A stretch of DNA of 64,000 nucleotides, taken from Planctomycetota bacterium. Lineage in GTDB: Bacteria > Planctomycetota > B15-G4. The stretch covers positions 224,001-288,000 of the forward strand of contig JBBQUR010000001.1 of the NCBI GenBank assembly GCA_038212275.1, given 5' to 3'. The position numbers and the translations under genes were made by a program. The notes beneath the pieces are model-generated. The model made no database searches and was not told where the DNA came from. It saw nothing but the letters and a program-made list of their open reading frames with translations. Of the stretch, positions 40,923 through 49,998 are shown one piece after another (the first letter of the stretch is position 1; every line of letters starts with the position of its first letter).

Positions 40923-41776
40923 TGAGCGTCGTGAAGCTTTCCACGCGCGTTCGCTGCGTCGACGGTCTGGAGCTGGGTCTCGACCTCTTCGTGCCCGAGG
41001 GCGAGACGCGCCCGCTGCCGGTCACCGTGATCTGTCACGGCTTCAAGGGCTTCAAGGACTGGGGCTTCTTCCCGCCGCTTGCGTCGACGCTGGCCGAGTC
41101 GGGCCGCGCGGTGGCGATCTTCGACTTTTCGCACAACGGCGTCGGTGCGGAAGGGGCGGCCGGCGAGTTCACGCGCCCTGACCTGTTCCGCGAACAGACG
41201 CTTTCGCGCAGTGTCTCGGATCTCGGCCTCGTGCTGGATGCGCTCGACGGCAGCGCCTTTGCCGGGCAGTGCACGCTGCAGCGCAATCGACACTTCAATG
41301 TCGTGGGGCACAGCCTTGGCGCGGCGGCGGTGATGCTGCGCGCGGCCGACGACGGGCGCATCGTGCAGGTGGCCACGCTCAATGGCACGGCCAGCCTGGA
41401 CCGCTTCTCGCCGGAACAGCTCGCGGAGCTGGCCGCCACGGGCCAGGTGCTCGTCCGCAATCAGCGCACGGGCCAGGAACTGCCGCTCGGCCGCGCGTGG
41501 TTCGACGAAGCGCGCCACCTCGACCTCGAGGAGGCCGCCACGCAGATCTTCGTGCCGGCGCTGGTCATCGCGGGTGACGCCGACGAGAGCGTGTCGCCCG
41601 ACGAGAGCCGCACCATCAATGGCTGGATCGCGGGCAGCCGGCTCGTGATGATTCCCGGCGCCAACCACGTGTTCGGCGCGACGCATCCCTTCGCCGGCTG
41701 GACGCCCGCGTTGACCACCGCATGCAGGGAGCTGGACCAGTTCCTCCCGCACGTCGGGCGACTGGGAGGTATCTGA
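40922..41776 (+). CDS. Alpha/beta hydrolase
   Basis: CHGFKGFKDWGFFP, GHSLG, GDADESV, NHVF. Confidence 0.9.
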   Translation: MSVVKLSTRVRCVDGLELGLDLFVPEGETRPLPVTVICHGFKGFKDWGFFPPLASTLAESGRAVAIFDFSHNGVGAEGAAGEFTRPDLFREQTLSRSVSDLGLVLDALDGSAFAGQCTLQRNRHFNVVGHSLGAAAVMLRAADDGRIVQVATLNGTASLDRFSPEQLAELAATGQVLVRNQRTGQELPLGRAWFDEARHLDLEEAATQIFVPALVIAGDADESVSPDESRTINGWIAGSRLVMIPGANHVFGATHPFAGWTPALTTACRELDQFLPHVGRLGGI

Positions 41777-41779
41777 ATC

Positions 41780-42673
41780 GTGGAGAGCCGCCCCCGCACC
41801 GCCGCGGTCGTGAGCGAGAGCCAGGTCGAGGCCGCCATCTCGCTGCTCACGGACAGCAGCGACCGCGTCGTCGAGGGTTGCCGGCGCGCGCTGCTCGATC
41901 ACGCCTCGCTGGCGGAGTCGCTGCTGCGCGACCGCCTGCGGACCGCAACCGGCGCCGACGCGGAAACGCTGCGCGCCGCGCTGCTCGATGTCGTCGGCAG
42001 CCGGCTCGAGGCGCCGCTCGTGGAGCACATCGTGCACAACCCGTCGCTCGAACAGGGCGGCATCCTCATCGGGCGCCTCATCGACGCGAGCGAGTCGCCG
42101 CTGGCGGTGACGGCCGCCCTGGACGCGATGGCAGCGCAGGTCAGCGCGGAGCTCGAGGCGCGCCGCGCAGCCGGCACCGCGACGGATGCCGGCCCCGACA
42201 GCGAGCTGGCCGTGCTCACCGACGTGCTCGTGCGCGGGCACGGCCTCGTCGGCACCGACACGCGTCACGCGGATGCCTGGGATGCGGTGCTGCACGGCGT
42301 CACGCAGCGCCAGCGCGGCCTGCCGCTCGCGCTGTGCATGACCTGGCTGCTCGTCGCGCGGCGCGTCGGCCTGCCGCTCCACGGCGTCAACATGCCGGGG
42401 CATTTCCTGCTGCGCTGGGAGCGCCCGGGCCAGGTGCTCGTGCTGGATCCGTTCCACGGCGGGCGCATCCTGCGCGATGCCGAGTGCCGGGCCATGCTCG
42501 TGGACGCCGGCTACCCGTCCATCGACGTGACACTGCTGCACGCCACGGATCGCGACATGCTGCTGCGCACGCTGCGCAACCTGATGATGATCGCGTCGCG
42601 GCTGCGGCAGCGCGAGCTGGCCGCACGCTGCGCGCGCATCGTCAGCCGTACGACCGCGATCATCGGCGCCTGA
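41780..42673 (+). CDS. SirB1/YchA-like (transglutaminase-like core 2) protein
   Basis: RGLPLAL, GVNMPGHFLL, LDPFHGG, RTLRNL. Confidence 0.82.
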   Translation: MESRPRTAAVVSESQVEAAISLLTDSSDRVVEGCRRALLDHASLAESLLRDRLRTATGADAETLRAALLDVVGSRLEAPLVEHIVHNPSLEQGGILIGRLIDASESPLAVTAALDAMAAQVSAELEARRAAGTATDAGPDSELAVLTDVLVRGHGLVGTDTRHADAWDAVLHGVTQRQRGLPLALCMTWLLVARRVGLPLHGVNMPGHFLLRWERPGQVLVLDPFHGGRILRDAECRAMLVDAGYPSIDVTLLHATDRDMLLRTLRNLMMIASRLRQRELAARCARIVSRTTAIIGA

Positions 42674-42686
42674 AGGGCGGCGGGGC

Positions 42687-43847
42687 ATGGCCGGCGAACG
42701 TATCCTTCTGCTGTGCGCTGAAGACGCCCGCCGGCGCCAGCTGGAGGACCTGCTCGCCGACGGTCGCTCTGTGGTGCGGCCGCTTCCGCGCGGCGCGCCC
42801 GACGTGCCCTGGGCCGGCCCCGCGCCGGACCTGCTCGTCATCGGCGCCTTCGGGCGCACGGCCGACGCCGTTGAGCTGGTGCGCGTCGTGCTCGCCGCGG
42901 AGGCCTCGCTCTCGGTGCTCGTCGTGGACGAGCCGGACAACTGGCCCGAGGCGCTGCTCGCCCTGCCCGGCGTCGCGGTGGTGACGCTGGCGGCACGCGG
43001 AGGCTTCGCCGCGGCGCGCATCCGTCTGGCGGAGCGGCGCGGCCTGCTCAGGGAAGTCGCGGCCAGGCGCGCGGAACCCAAGGACCGGCTCGCGGCCGAG
43101 GCGCTTGCCGGGGACCTGCCCGCAGTGCGCGAGATGCGCCTCATGCTCGAGCGTCTTGCGGAGCGCAGCAGTCCCGTCGTGCTGGCGGGCGAGCCGGGCA
43201 CGCTGCGGCGGCGCCTGCTGCGCCACCTGCTGCGCACGCAGGGCGACCTCGGCGTGGACAGCGAGACCGTGCTCGTCGAGGACCTCGACGCCCTGTCGCC
43301 CGTGCAGCAGGGCAGCGTGCTGCGGCTGCTTCAGCAGGGGCGCCGCATCGTGGCCACGGCGACGACGCGCTTCGCGGAGCGCGTCCGCGAAGGCAGTTTC
43401 CGCAGCGACCTCTACTACCGTCTCGGCGGGCCGCCTGTCGCCACGGTGCCGCTGCGCGACCGGCCTGAGGACCTGCAGCGACTGGCGCACGCCTGCGGCC
43501 TGCGCGATGCGGCCGGCGACGCGCTGGCCCTGCTCGCGGCCTACGACTGGCCCGGCAACCTGCGCGAGCTGGAACTGGCCGTCGAGCACGCCCGGATTCT
43601 CGCGCAGGACATGCCGGTGGACAGCCGGCACGTGGTGCTCCCCGAGTTGTCGACGCACCGCCTGCCCTCGGGCTCGTTCGTGCTGCGCATCCCCGATGCG
43701 GGCGTCTCGCTCGAGGCCGTGGAGCGCGAGGCCATCCGGCAGACGATGGAGGCCACGGACCGCAACGTGGCGGAGGCCGCGCGGCGCCTCGCGCTGCAGC
43801 GCGGCAAGCTGCGCTATCGCCTGCGGCGCTACGGCCTCGGCCGTTGA
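42687..43847 (+). CDS. Degenerate sigma54-interaction-type regulator with Fis HTH
   Basis: FRSDLYYRL, PLRDRPEDL, YDWPGNLREL, NVAEAARRL; Walker A/B eroded, no GAFTGA. Confidence 0.8.
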   Translation: MAGERILLLCAEDARRRQLEDLLADGRSVVRPLPRGAPDVPWAGPAPDLLVIGAFGRTADAVELVRVVLAAEASLSVLVVDEPDNWPEALLALPGVAVVTLAARGGFAAARIRLAERRGLLREVAARRAEPKDRLAAEALAGDLPAVREMRLMLERLAERSSPVVLAGEPGTLRRRLLRHLLRTQGDLGVDSETVLVEDLDALSPVQQGSVLRLLQQGRRIVATATTRFAERVREGSFRSDLYYRLGGPPVATVPLRDRPEDLQRLAHACGLRDAAGDALALLAAYDWPGNLRELELAVEHARILAQDMPVDSRHVVLPELSTHRLPSGSFVLRIPDAGVSLEAVEREAIRQTMEATDRNVAEAARRLALQRGKLRYRLRRYGLGR

Positions 43848-43884
43848 TCGCGCCGCGGTGCAGGCCGCGACGAAGGCTGCCGCG

Positions 43885-44718
43885 CTACTCCGAAAGCAGG
43901 CGGCGGGCGCTCAGGTCGAGTCCCTGGCGTTCCAGCGCCAGCGCGCTCAGCTCCGTCGCGAGGCGCTCGTAGCCGGGCTTGCTCCGCAGCGGCTCGAGGC
44001 GGTCCAGCGCCTCGCCGGTGAAGCCGCACTGCAGCGCGACGAGCGCCGACATGAGGCTGGCGCCTTCGTGGTTGTCGCCGGCGAGATCATGGGCCGCGGT
44101 CATTGCGCGCACGAGATGCTGCGCCACCGGCTCGGACACCCAGGTGAAGCCGCAGAGGGCGCGCTGGGCGTCGTCGACCGGATCGGAGAGCGTCATGAGG
44201 TAGCTGCTGCCGCGCAGCAGGGGCATCGCCAGCGCCACGCGGTCGCGCCCCGCGGGCACGGCCTCCGTGCCGACGTCGAGGTTCATGTCCGTGTTCTTCA
44301 GCTGGAAGGTGAGCGGGCCTGACGGCGCCTCGCGCAGCCGCACTCCGACGGGCGCATTGAGCAGCTTGTCGAGCGGGCCGAGAAAGGTGGGCTCGTGCGC
44401 GTCCTCGAGCAACTCGGCCTCGGGCACTGCCGCGAGGTCCGACAACTTGCGCGCCCGCACCGACTTCGGCCACCAGTTCATGCCCGCGAGCTCGGCGGGG
44501 AGCTCCGTGGCCGCAGCGGATTGCAGCAGATCCAGTGCGGCTTCGGGCTTGCCGTCGCGGAAGTCGCGGCGCAAGGCTGCGGCATCGAAGCGGCCGCCGC
44601 CGCCGAAAAGCCAGTAGGCGATGATCACCGTGGCGACCGGCAGCGCCCAGGGCCGGAACCGCTGCGCGAGCGCCTTGGCACGAGGTGTCTCGACCGTCCC
44701 GTGCGAGAGCCGCCTCAT
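43885..44718 (-). CDS. Hypothetical membrane-anchored protein
   Basis: ATGA overlap with upstream gene; one N-terminal TM helix; host-like codon usage. Confidence 0.65.
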   Translation of the reverse strand: MRRLSHGTVETPRAKALAQRFRPWALPVATVIIAYWLFGGGGRFDAAALRRDFRDGKPEAALDLLQSAAATELPAELAGMNWWPKSVRARKLSDLAAVPEAELLEDAHEPTFLGPLDKLLNAPVGVRLREAPSGPLTFQLKNTDMNLDVGTEAVPAGRDRVALAMPLLRGSSYLMTLSDPVDDAQRALCGFTWVSEPVAQHLVRAMTAAHDLAGDNHEGASLMSALVALQCGFTGEALDRLEPLRSKPGYERLATELSALALERQGLDLSARRLLSE

Positions 44719-45527
44719 GCCGGCAGGGCGTCGATCGCGGCAGCCATGACGAGCAGCGTCTCGTGACCCGTGCCGCAGCAGCCTCCGAGGAAACGCACGC
44801 CGCGCAGGCGCGCGGCCCGTGCGAAGGCCGCCATCACGTTGTCGTCCACGGGCTCGTCGGGAGAGCCGGTGCTCGGCTTGCACCAGCGCGGTGCGGCGGG
44901 CAGCGCCAGCGCCAGCTTGAAGGCCTCGTTGGGCCCGCGGCAGCAGTTGAGGCCCAGTTCCACGCCGGCGTCCGAACTGCTCACGAAGCTCGCGATCTCG
45001 TCGAGGCGTTTGCGGTCCTCGCGGCTGCCGTCCGTGCTGCTCAGGCAGAGCACCGTCGGCAGGCGCGAGGCGAACTCCTGGTGCATCTCGAGCACGATCT
45101 GGCCGTCGCGCACGGTGTTGCAGGTCTCGAAGGCCAGGAGGTCCACGCCTTCATCGAGCATCACGCGCAGCACGTCCTCGAGTTGCGGCACGCGGCTCGA
45201 GAGGTCGCACGCCGCCAGCGAGCCGGCGATTTTTGCCTGTCCGCCTGCCGCCTTGCGCGCGATGCGCACCGCGGCGGCCACGGCTGCCAGGCGCTCCTTG
45301 CCGCTGACGATCGATGCGGACAGCGCATCGAAGGTGTTGGTGTGCAGCACGCGCGCGCCCGCCTCGCGATGACTGACGTGGACGTAGGAGACGAGTCCCG
45401 GTTGGCGCAAGTTGGCGAGCAGCGTGGGTTGCGCGGTCGACCAGCCGTGCTCGCGCAGGGACGTGCCCATGGCGCCGTCGAGGAGCACCGCATCATGGCC
45501 CGGAAAAAGTCGATCCAGAAGGTTCAA
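44715..45527 (-). CDS. Homocysteine S-methyltransferase family protein (stand-alone)
   Basis: LLDGAMGTSL, TNTF, FET, GLNC, GGCCGT Zn ligands. Confidence 0.88.
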   Translation of the reverse strand: MNLLDRLFPGHDAVLLDGAMGTSLREHGWSTAQPTLLANLRQPGLVSYVHVSHREAGARVLHTNTFDALSASIVSGKERLAAVAAAVRIARKAAGGQAKIAGSLAACDLSSRVPQLEDVLRVMLDEGVDLLAFETCNTVRDGQIVLEMHQEFASRLPTVLCLSSTDGSREDRKRLDEIASFVSSSDAGVELGLNCCRGPNEAFKLALALPAAPRWCKPSTGSPDEPVDDNVMAAFARAARLRGVRFLGGCCGTGHETLLVMAAAIDALPA

Positions 45528-45566
45528 GGCGACCAGCGTACACCCGCCCCGACCATCGGGGCAGGC

Positions 45567-48188
45567 TCAGGGTGCGAGGGACGGATCCAGCGCATTCCAT
45601 ACGGTCGAGTCGTTTTCGATCGTGCGGCGCGCGGCGAGCAGCAGGCCTGCCGCGGTTGCGCGCGGGTCGTCCGCCGCTGGTGAGTTGTCGACGATCTGGC
45701 GGATGGCCCGGGCTGCCGCGGCGCGCACCCGGTAGTTGCTGTCGTTGAGCGACTCGCCGAGCTGGCGCAGGATCGTGCCGTCGGGGTCGGCCGTCCCGGG
45801 GTAGCCGGACAGGGCCGCGACGGCGGCGACGCGGACACGCGGCACCGGCTCGCAGCGTGCGGCCGCCAGCAGGAAGGGCAGCACCCGGTCATCGTGCTCG
45901 ATGCGCGTGATCATCAGGACGATGGCCTCGTCGAGCCGGTACTTGTCCGTGCGGGAGGCCGTGGCCGCACAGAGGGCGAAGGCACCGGGGAAGTCGCGGT
46001 CCACCAGCGCCGCCAGCGCTGCGGCGGCGACCGAGCCATTGCCGTCCTCGGCGAGCGTGGTCAGCGCGGGCAGCGCTCGATTGCCGGCGTGGCGGGCAAG
46101 GCCGTTCGCGGCGGTCTCTCGCAGCCTTGCGTCGGGGGACGTGGCGGCCGCCAGCAGAGCCTCGGCCACCGCGTTGTCCTCGAGGGAACCGCGGAAGGAG
46201 AGCGCAACGAGCGCCGCGTTGGCGACCTCGGGCACCGCGTCCTGCGCCGCGCACAGCGCGAGCGCCGCCACGGAGGCCTCATCAGGCTGCCAGCCCGCCG
46301 GCGTGTCGGCGCGCGTCTCGGGCAGTCCGGCGAACCACTGCGCCGCGCGCAGGCGCGCCACCGCGTCGCTCGCGCTGCGGAGCTGGTTGCGCCACTGCTC
46401 CTCGGGCTGCTGCTGATCGATGGGGCCGGGCACCGAGGACGGGCTGTCGAAGGCCACCCAGTCCAGCGGACCCTCGCCGTCGAGCGTCAGGCTGGCGTGC
46501 AGGGAGTTCAGCTCCACGCGCGCCGTGTGCTCGCTGCCGCCACGGGACCACGTCACCGAGACCGGCAGGTGGTCGACGTGCCGCCAGACGTCGGGGCCCT
46601 GCACCTGCTCGATGCTCAGGACGGGGTCGTCGCCGGAGCCTGCGGCGGTCGGGGCGCCGTCGTAGACGGGCATGGTAAATTCGTTTTCACCGAGGCGCAC
46701 ACGGATCACCGGAAGCCCGGGACTGTCGATGAACTCGTCGAAGAAGCGGCTGAGGTCCACGCCGCTGGATTCCTCCATCGCACGCTGAAGATCCGCCGTG
46801 ACGACGATGCCCGCTGCATGGCTGGCCACGTAGTGGGCCACGCCGCGCTGGAAGGCGTCGGCGCCGAGCATCTCGCGCAGCAGGTGCAGCCGGATGGCGC
46901 CGCCCTCGTAGCTGTTCACGCCGAACATCGCGTCCGGATCCACGTAGTCCTTCCACACGATGGGGCGATCGTGCTCGTCCGTCGCGCCGAGCGCCTTGCT
47001 GCGCATGGCCACGACACAGAGCCGCAGCGCCTCCTCGCCTCCGACATGGCCACGGTAGAGCGCCTCGCAATACGTGGCGAAGCTCTCGTTGAGCCACAGG
47101 TGCGACCAGTCGGCGCAGGTGAGGTAGTCGCCGAACCATTGGTGGGCTGCCTCGTGCGAGATGAGATCCAGTGAGCTGGCCTGCGGTTCGTCGGCCGGGT
47201 CGTGAATGGTCTCGGTGAGCAGCGTCGTGGCAGAGATGTTCTCCTGGCCGCCGGCGACGAAGTCGTGCACGCAGGACTGCGCGTATTTGTCGTACGGGTA
47301 GGGCTGGCCGGTGTACGTGCCGAAGAAGTCGATGAAGTCGGGCGTGGCCGCGAAGTTGACGAGCGCATCGGGCAGCTTGCCCTCGTCGGCGAGGACGAGC
47401 AGCGGCACCGGTCCACCGGGAATCTCCGCCTGTCCGAGCTGGCCCGCGATGAGCGTGAACAGGTAGCTGACGCAGGGCACGTCCAGCACCCAGGTGTCGG
47501 TGCGGAGTCCGGTGCGCTCGTTGAGGCGGCTGTTCGTCAGGCGGCCCGCCGAGAGCGTGCGGAAGCTGCCGTCCACGGTGACGTGCAGCGTGAAGGTGGC
47601 GCGGTCGTTGGGCTGGTCCCAGCACGGGATCCAGTGCCGCGTCTCATGCGTCTCGCCCTGCGTCCACAGATGCCACGGGCGCTGCGGGTCGGCAGCGGTG
47701 GGGCCCTGGAAGTACATGCCGCGCGTCGGGTAGCAGCTGTAGTGCAGGGTCACTTCCTCGACGGAGCCCGGTGCCAGAGCCTGGGCGAGTTCGACGCGGA
47801 GGGTGTCGCCGGTGCGGCTGTGCTTCAGCTCGCGGCCAGCCGTGTCCCACGCGCCGCTGACGTCGATGCCGACGGCGTCCAGCTCGAGCGTCGTCGCCGG
47901 GAGCCCGGGCAGCGCCGCGAACTGGATGGCCACCTGCCCGTTCACGAAGCCGGCGCGGTGGTCGATCTCGACGTCCACGTCATAGTGCTGGATGTCCACG
48001 AGCGGTGAGCGCACGGCGGGCACCGAGGTCACGGGGTGGGACATCGTGGCCGAGCGCATGAGCGTCGAGGGCGTCGAGGCGCAGCCCCCGGAAAGCAGGA
48101 CCGGAACCAGGACCAGGGCGAGCCGCAGCGCCAGATGGCGCCGTCCGCGACTCAGGCCGGCCGAGCGGGGCGGGCAGTGAATGGACAT
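45567..48188 (-). CDS. M1-family aminopeptidase with HEAT repeats, probable lipoprotein
   Basis: GGQEN (GAMEN variant), HEAAHQWFGD...WLNESFA, YEGG; signal peptide ending SGG-C. Confidence 0.92.
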   Translation of the reverse strand: MSIHCPPRSAGLSRGRRHLALRLALVLVPVLLSGGCASTPSTLMRSATMSHPVTSVPAVRSPLVDIQHYDVDVEIDHRAGFVNGQVAIQFAALPGLPATTLELDAVGIDVSGAWDTAGRELKHSRTGDTLRVELAQALAPGSVEEVTLHYSCYPTRGMYFQGPTAADPQRPWHLWTQGETHETRHWIPCWDQPNDRATFTLHVTVDGSFRTLSAGRLTNSRLNERTGLRTDTWVLDVPCVSYLFTLIAGQLGQAEIPGGPVPLLVLADEGKLPDALVNFAATPDFIDFFGTYTGQPYPYDKYAQSCVHDFVAGGQENISATTLLTETIHDPADEPQASSLDLISHEAAHQWFGDYLTCADWSHLWLNESFATYCEALYRGHVGGEEALRLCVVAMRSKALGATDEHDRPIVWKDYVDPDAMFGVNSYEGGAIRLHLLREMLGADAFQRGVAHYVASHAAGIVVTADLQRAMEESSGVDLSRFFDEFIDSPGLPVIRVRLGENEFTMPVYDGAPTAAGSGDDPVLSIEQVQGPDVWRHVDHLPVSVTWSRGGSEHTARVELNSLHASLTLDGEGPLDWVAFDSPSSVPGPIDQQQPEEQWRNQLRSASDAVARLRAAQWFAGLPETRADTPAGWQPDEASVAALALCAAQDAVPEVANAALVALSFRGSLEDNAVAEALLAAATSPDARLRETAANGLARHAGNRALPALTTLAEDGNGSVAAAALAALVDRDFPGAFALCAATASRTDKYRLDEAIVLMITRIEHDDRVLPFLLAAARCEPVPRVRVAAVAALSGYPGTADPDGTILRQLGESLNDSNYRVRAAAARAIRQIVDNSPAADDPRATAAGLLLAARRTIENDSTVWNALDPSLAP

Positions 48189-48436
48189 GAGGCGCCTCCG
48201 CTGAATGGCCGATAGGGGAAAAAGCCCCACGGCAGCGGACGTCGCACCACGGGCGGGCCGGAATCCTAGCGGAACACCTGCTTCCTTGACACATGGCGAA
48301 TCATGGACGACTCTGCATCTGTTTTCGCGGTGTCCCCGAGATTTCTGTTTCATCACACCGCATTGGTGCTCCGATTTACTCACTCGCTCCGAAGCCCATC
48401 GCGGCTCGCTTTTCCCGAACCCAAAGGATCCATCCC

Positions 48437-49438
48437 ATGCTCAAGCTGGCCCGATTCGCCTGCCTCCTCGGCGCGTTCGCCTTCGCAGGCCCGACCTTCG
48501 CGCAGACCATCAGCAGCACCTCTCCGACGAATATCGAAGGTGCAGCCGTCGGCACGACGATCACGATCAACGGCAGCGACTTCGGTGTCGCGAAGCCGAA
48601 GGTGCAGCTCTTCGATTCGGTGACGAACAAGAAGTATGCGCTGAAGGTCGCGACGTTTTCGGACTCGCAGATCACCGCCACGATTTCCAAGGCGGTGTCG
48701 GGCGAGTTCTCGCTGCAGGTCATCGTGAAGGGCGCTGCCGCGCCGGCCGAAACCCCGATGACGATCAGGGCGCCGCTCGTCACGTCCTTGTCGGTCGCGT
48801 CGGCAGGACCCAATGCACCCTTCAGCATTCTCGGTGATTTCTTCGGCACCAAGAAGGGCAAGATCCGGGTCAACGGCCAGAACGCGAAAATCGTGAGCTG
48901 GGCGATGAACGAGATCCAGCTGCTCATGCCCAAGAAGCTGCCGAACGGCTTCTGGACGATCGCCGTCGACAACAAGGTCGGCGTCGACGATGGGGCGACC
49001 ATTCAGGTCGTCGGCAGCACGGTCAAGATCGGCAAGGCGACGCTCAATGCCTACATCAACGGCACGAAGCTCAAGCTGAAGTACGGTCAGGGCGCAGTTC
49101 CGGGCAATTATGCCGTCGTTGCCGTGGGTGCCAGCGGAAGCTACCCGTCGGGCGAGGCCCTGGTGATTGGCGTGCCGTTCTTCGACGGCAACAACGTCCC
49201 CGAGGACTACGTGTGGGGCACGAACCTCTTCGTCGTCTCGTACTTCGAATACAAGGTCATCAGCAAGTTACCCGTGACCAAGGCCTACCTTCCGGCCAAC
49301 GGCTTCACCGTGAACATCACCGCCAACAGCGCGGGACAGGTCGCCGGCAACTTCCACGGGACCCTGGCGAACGTGGCCAATCAGCTCGACACGGTCTCCT
49401 GCGATGGCGACTTCGTCGTGGACATCATCGATCTCTGA
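48437..49438 (+). CDS. Secreted IPT/TIG-repeat protein, paralogue 1
   Basis: Signal peptide ending TFA-Q; GTTITINGSDFG, ILGDFFG..KGKI. Confidence 0.78.
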   Translation: MLKLARFACLLGAFAFAGPTFAQTISSTSPTNIEGAAVGTTITINGSDFGVAKPKVQLFDSVTNKKYALKVATFSDSQITATISKAVSGEFSLQVIVKGAAAPAETPMTIRAPLVTSLSVASAGPNAPFSILGDFFGTKKGKIRVNGQNAKIVSWAMNEIQLLMPKKLPNGFWTIAVDNKVGVDDGATIQVVGSTVKIGKATLNAYINGTKLKLKYGQGAVPGNYAVVAVGASGSYPSGEALVIGVPFFDGNNVPEDYVWGTNLFVVSYFEYKVISKLPVTKAYLPANGFTVNITANSAGQVAGNFHGTLANVANQLDTVSCDGDFVVDIIDL

Positions 49439-49560
49439 GCGTCGCGACGAGGGTCCGACGGCCGGCCGGGGCTCATGCCGCGGCCGGCCGGGACCGAAGC
49501 CTCTCTCAGGCGGGTCTCCCGCCTCGGGCGCTGCCCTGAAGCGGCCGTGAACAGTTCGAT

Positions 49561-49602
49561 ACGCGGGGCTCGGGAGCAGTGCGCTGCTCCCGAGCCCCGC
49601 GT
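49561..49602. repeat. Perfect 19-bp inverted repeat with 4-nt loop (REP-like or structured RNA element)
   Basis: acgcggggctcgggagcag-tgcg-ctgctcccgagccccgcgt. Confidence 0.9.
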
Positions 49603-49998
49603 CCGTTGTGGGGCTGCAGGCCCGGCTTCGCGCCCGGAGAAGCCGGCGAGTCCAGGCTGTGGCAGGCGGGGCCAGGCGGGCCAGGCGGGGCCAGGCGGTG
49701 GCCGGACAGCGGCGAGGGAGGGGCGCCCGAGGCTCGGGTTGCAACGGGACGAACACGCCTCGCGATCGGCCTGGCAGGGTGCTTGAGAGAGAAGTGCACA
49801 TCCGATCGCTAGGCTGCTGGTGGCGCTGCGCTTCGTGCTTCTCAGGTCGACGCACGCCGCGGCCGTACACCACGCAGCCCCTCGCGCGGTGTCATCACCG
49901 GGCGTGCGGGGTTTGACCGTGAAAATCGCGTGCTACCGGGATGCCGTGCCAGATCGGCATCAGGGCGTGGGTCTCCCGCGCCGAAAATGGAGACCATC

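Noticed and set aside
49490..49512. ACCGAAG...CTCTCAGG resembling a glycine riboswitch
   Set aside because: No P3 hairpin between the motifs, no upstream GGAGA, and no glycine-related gene downstream
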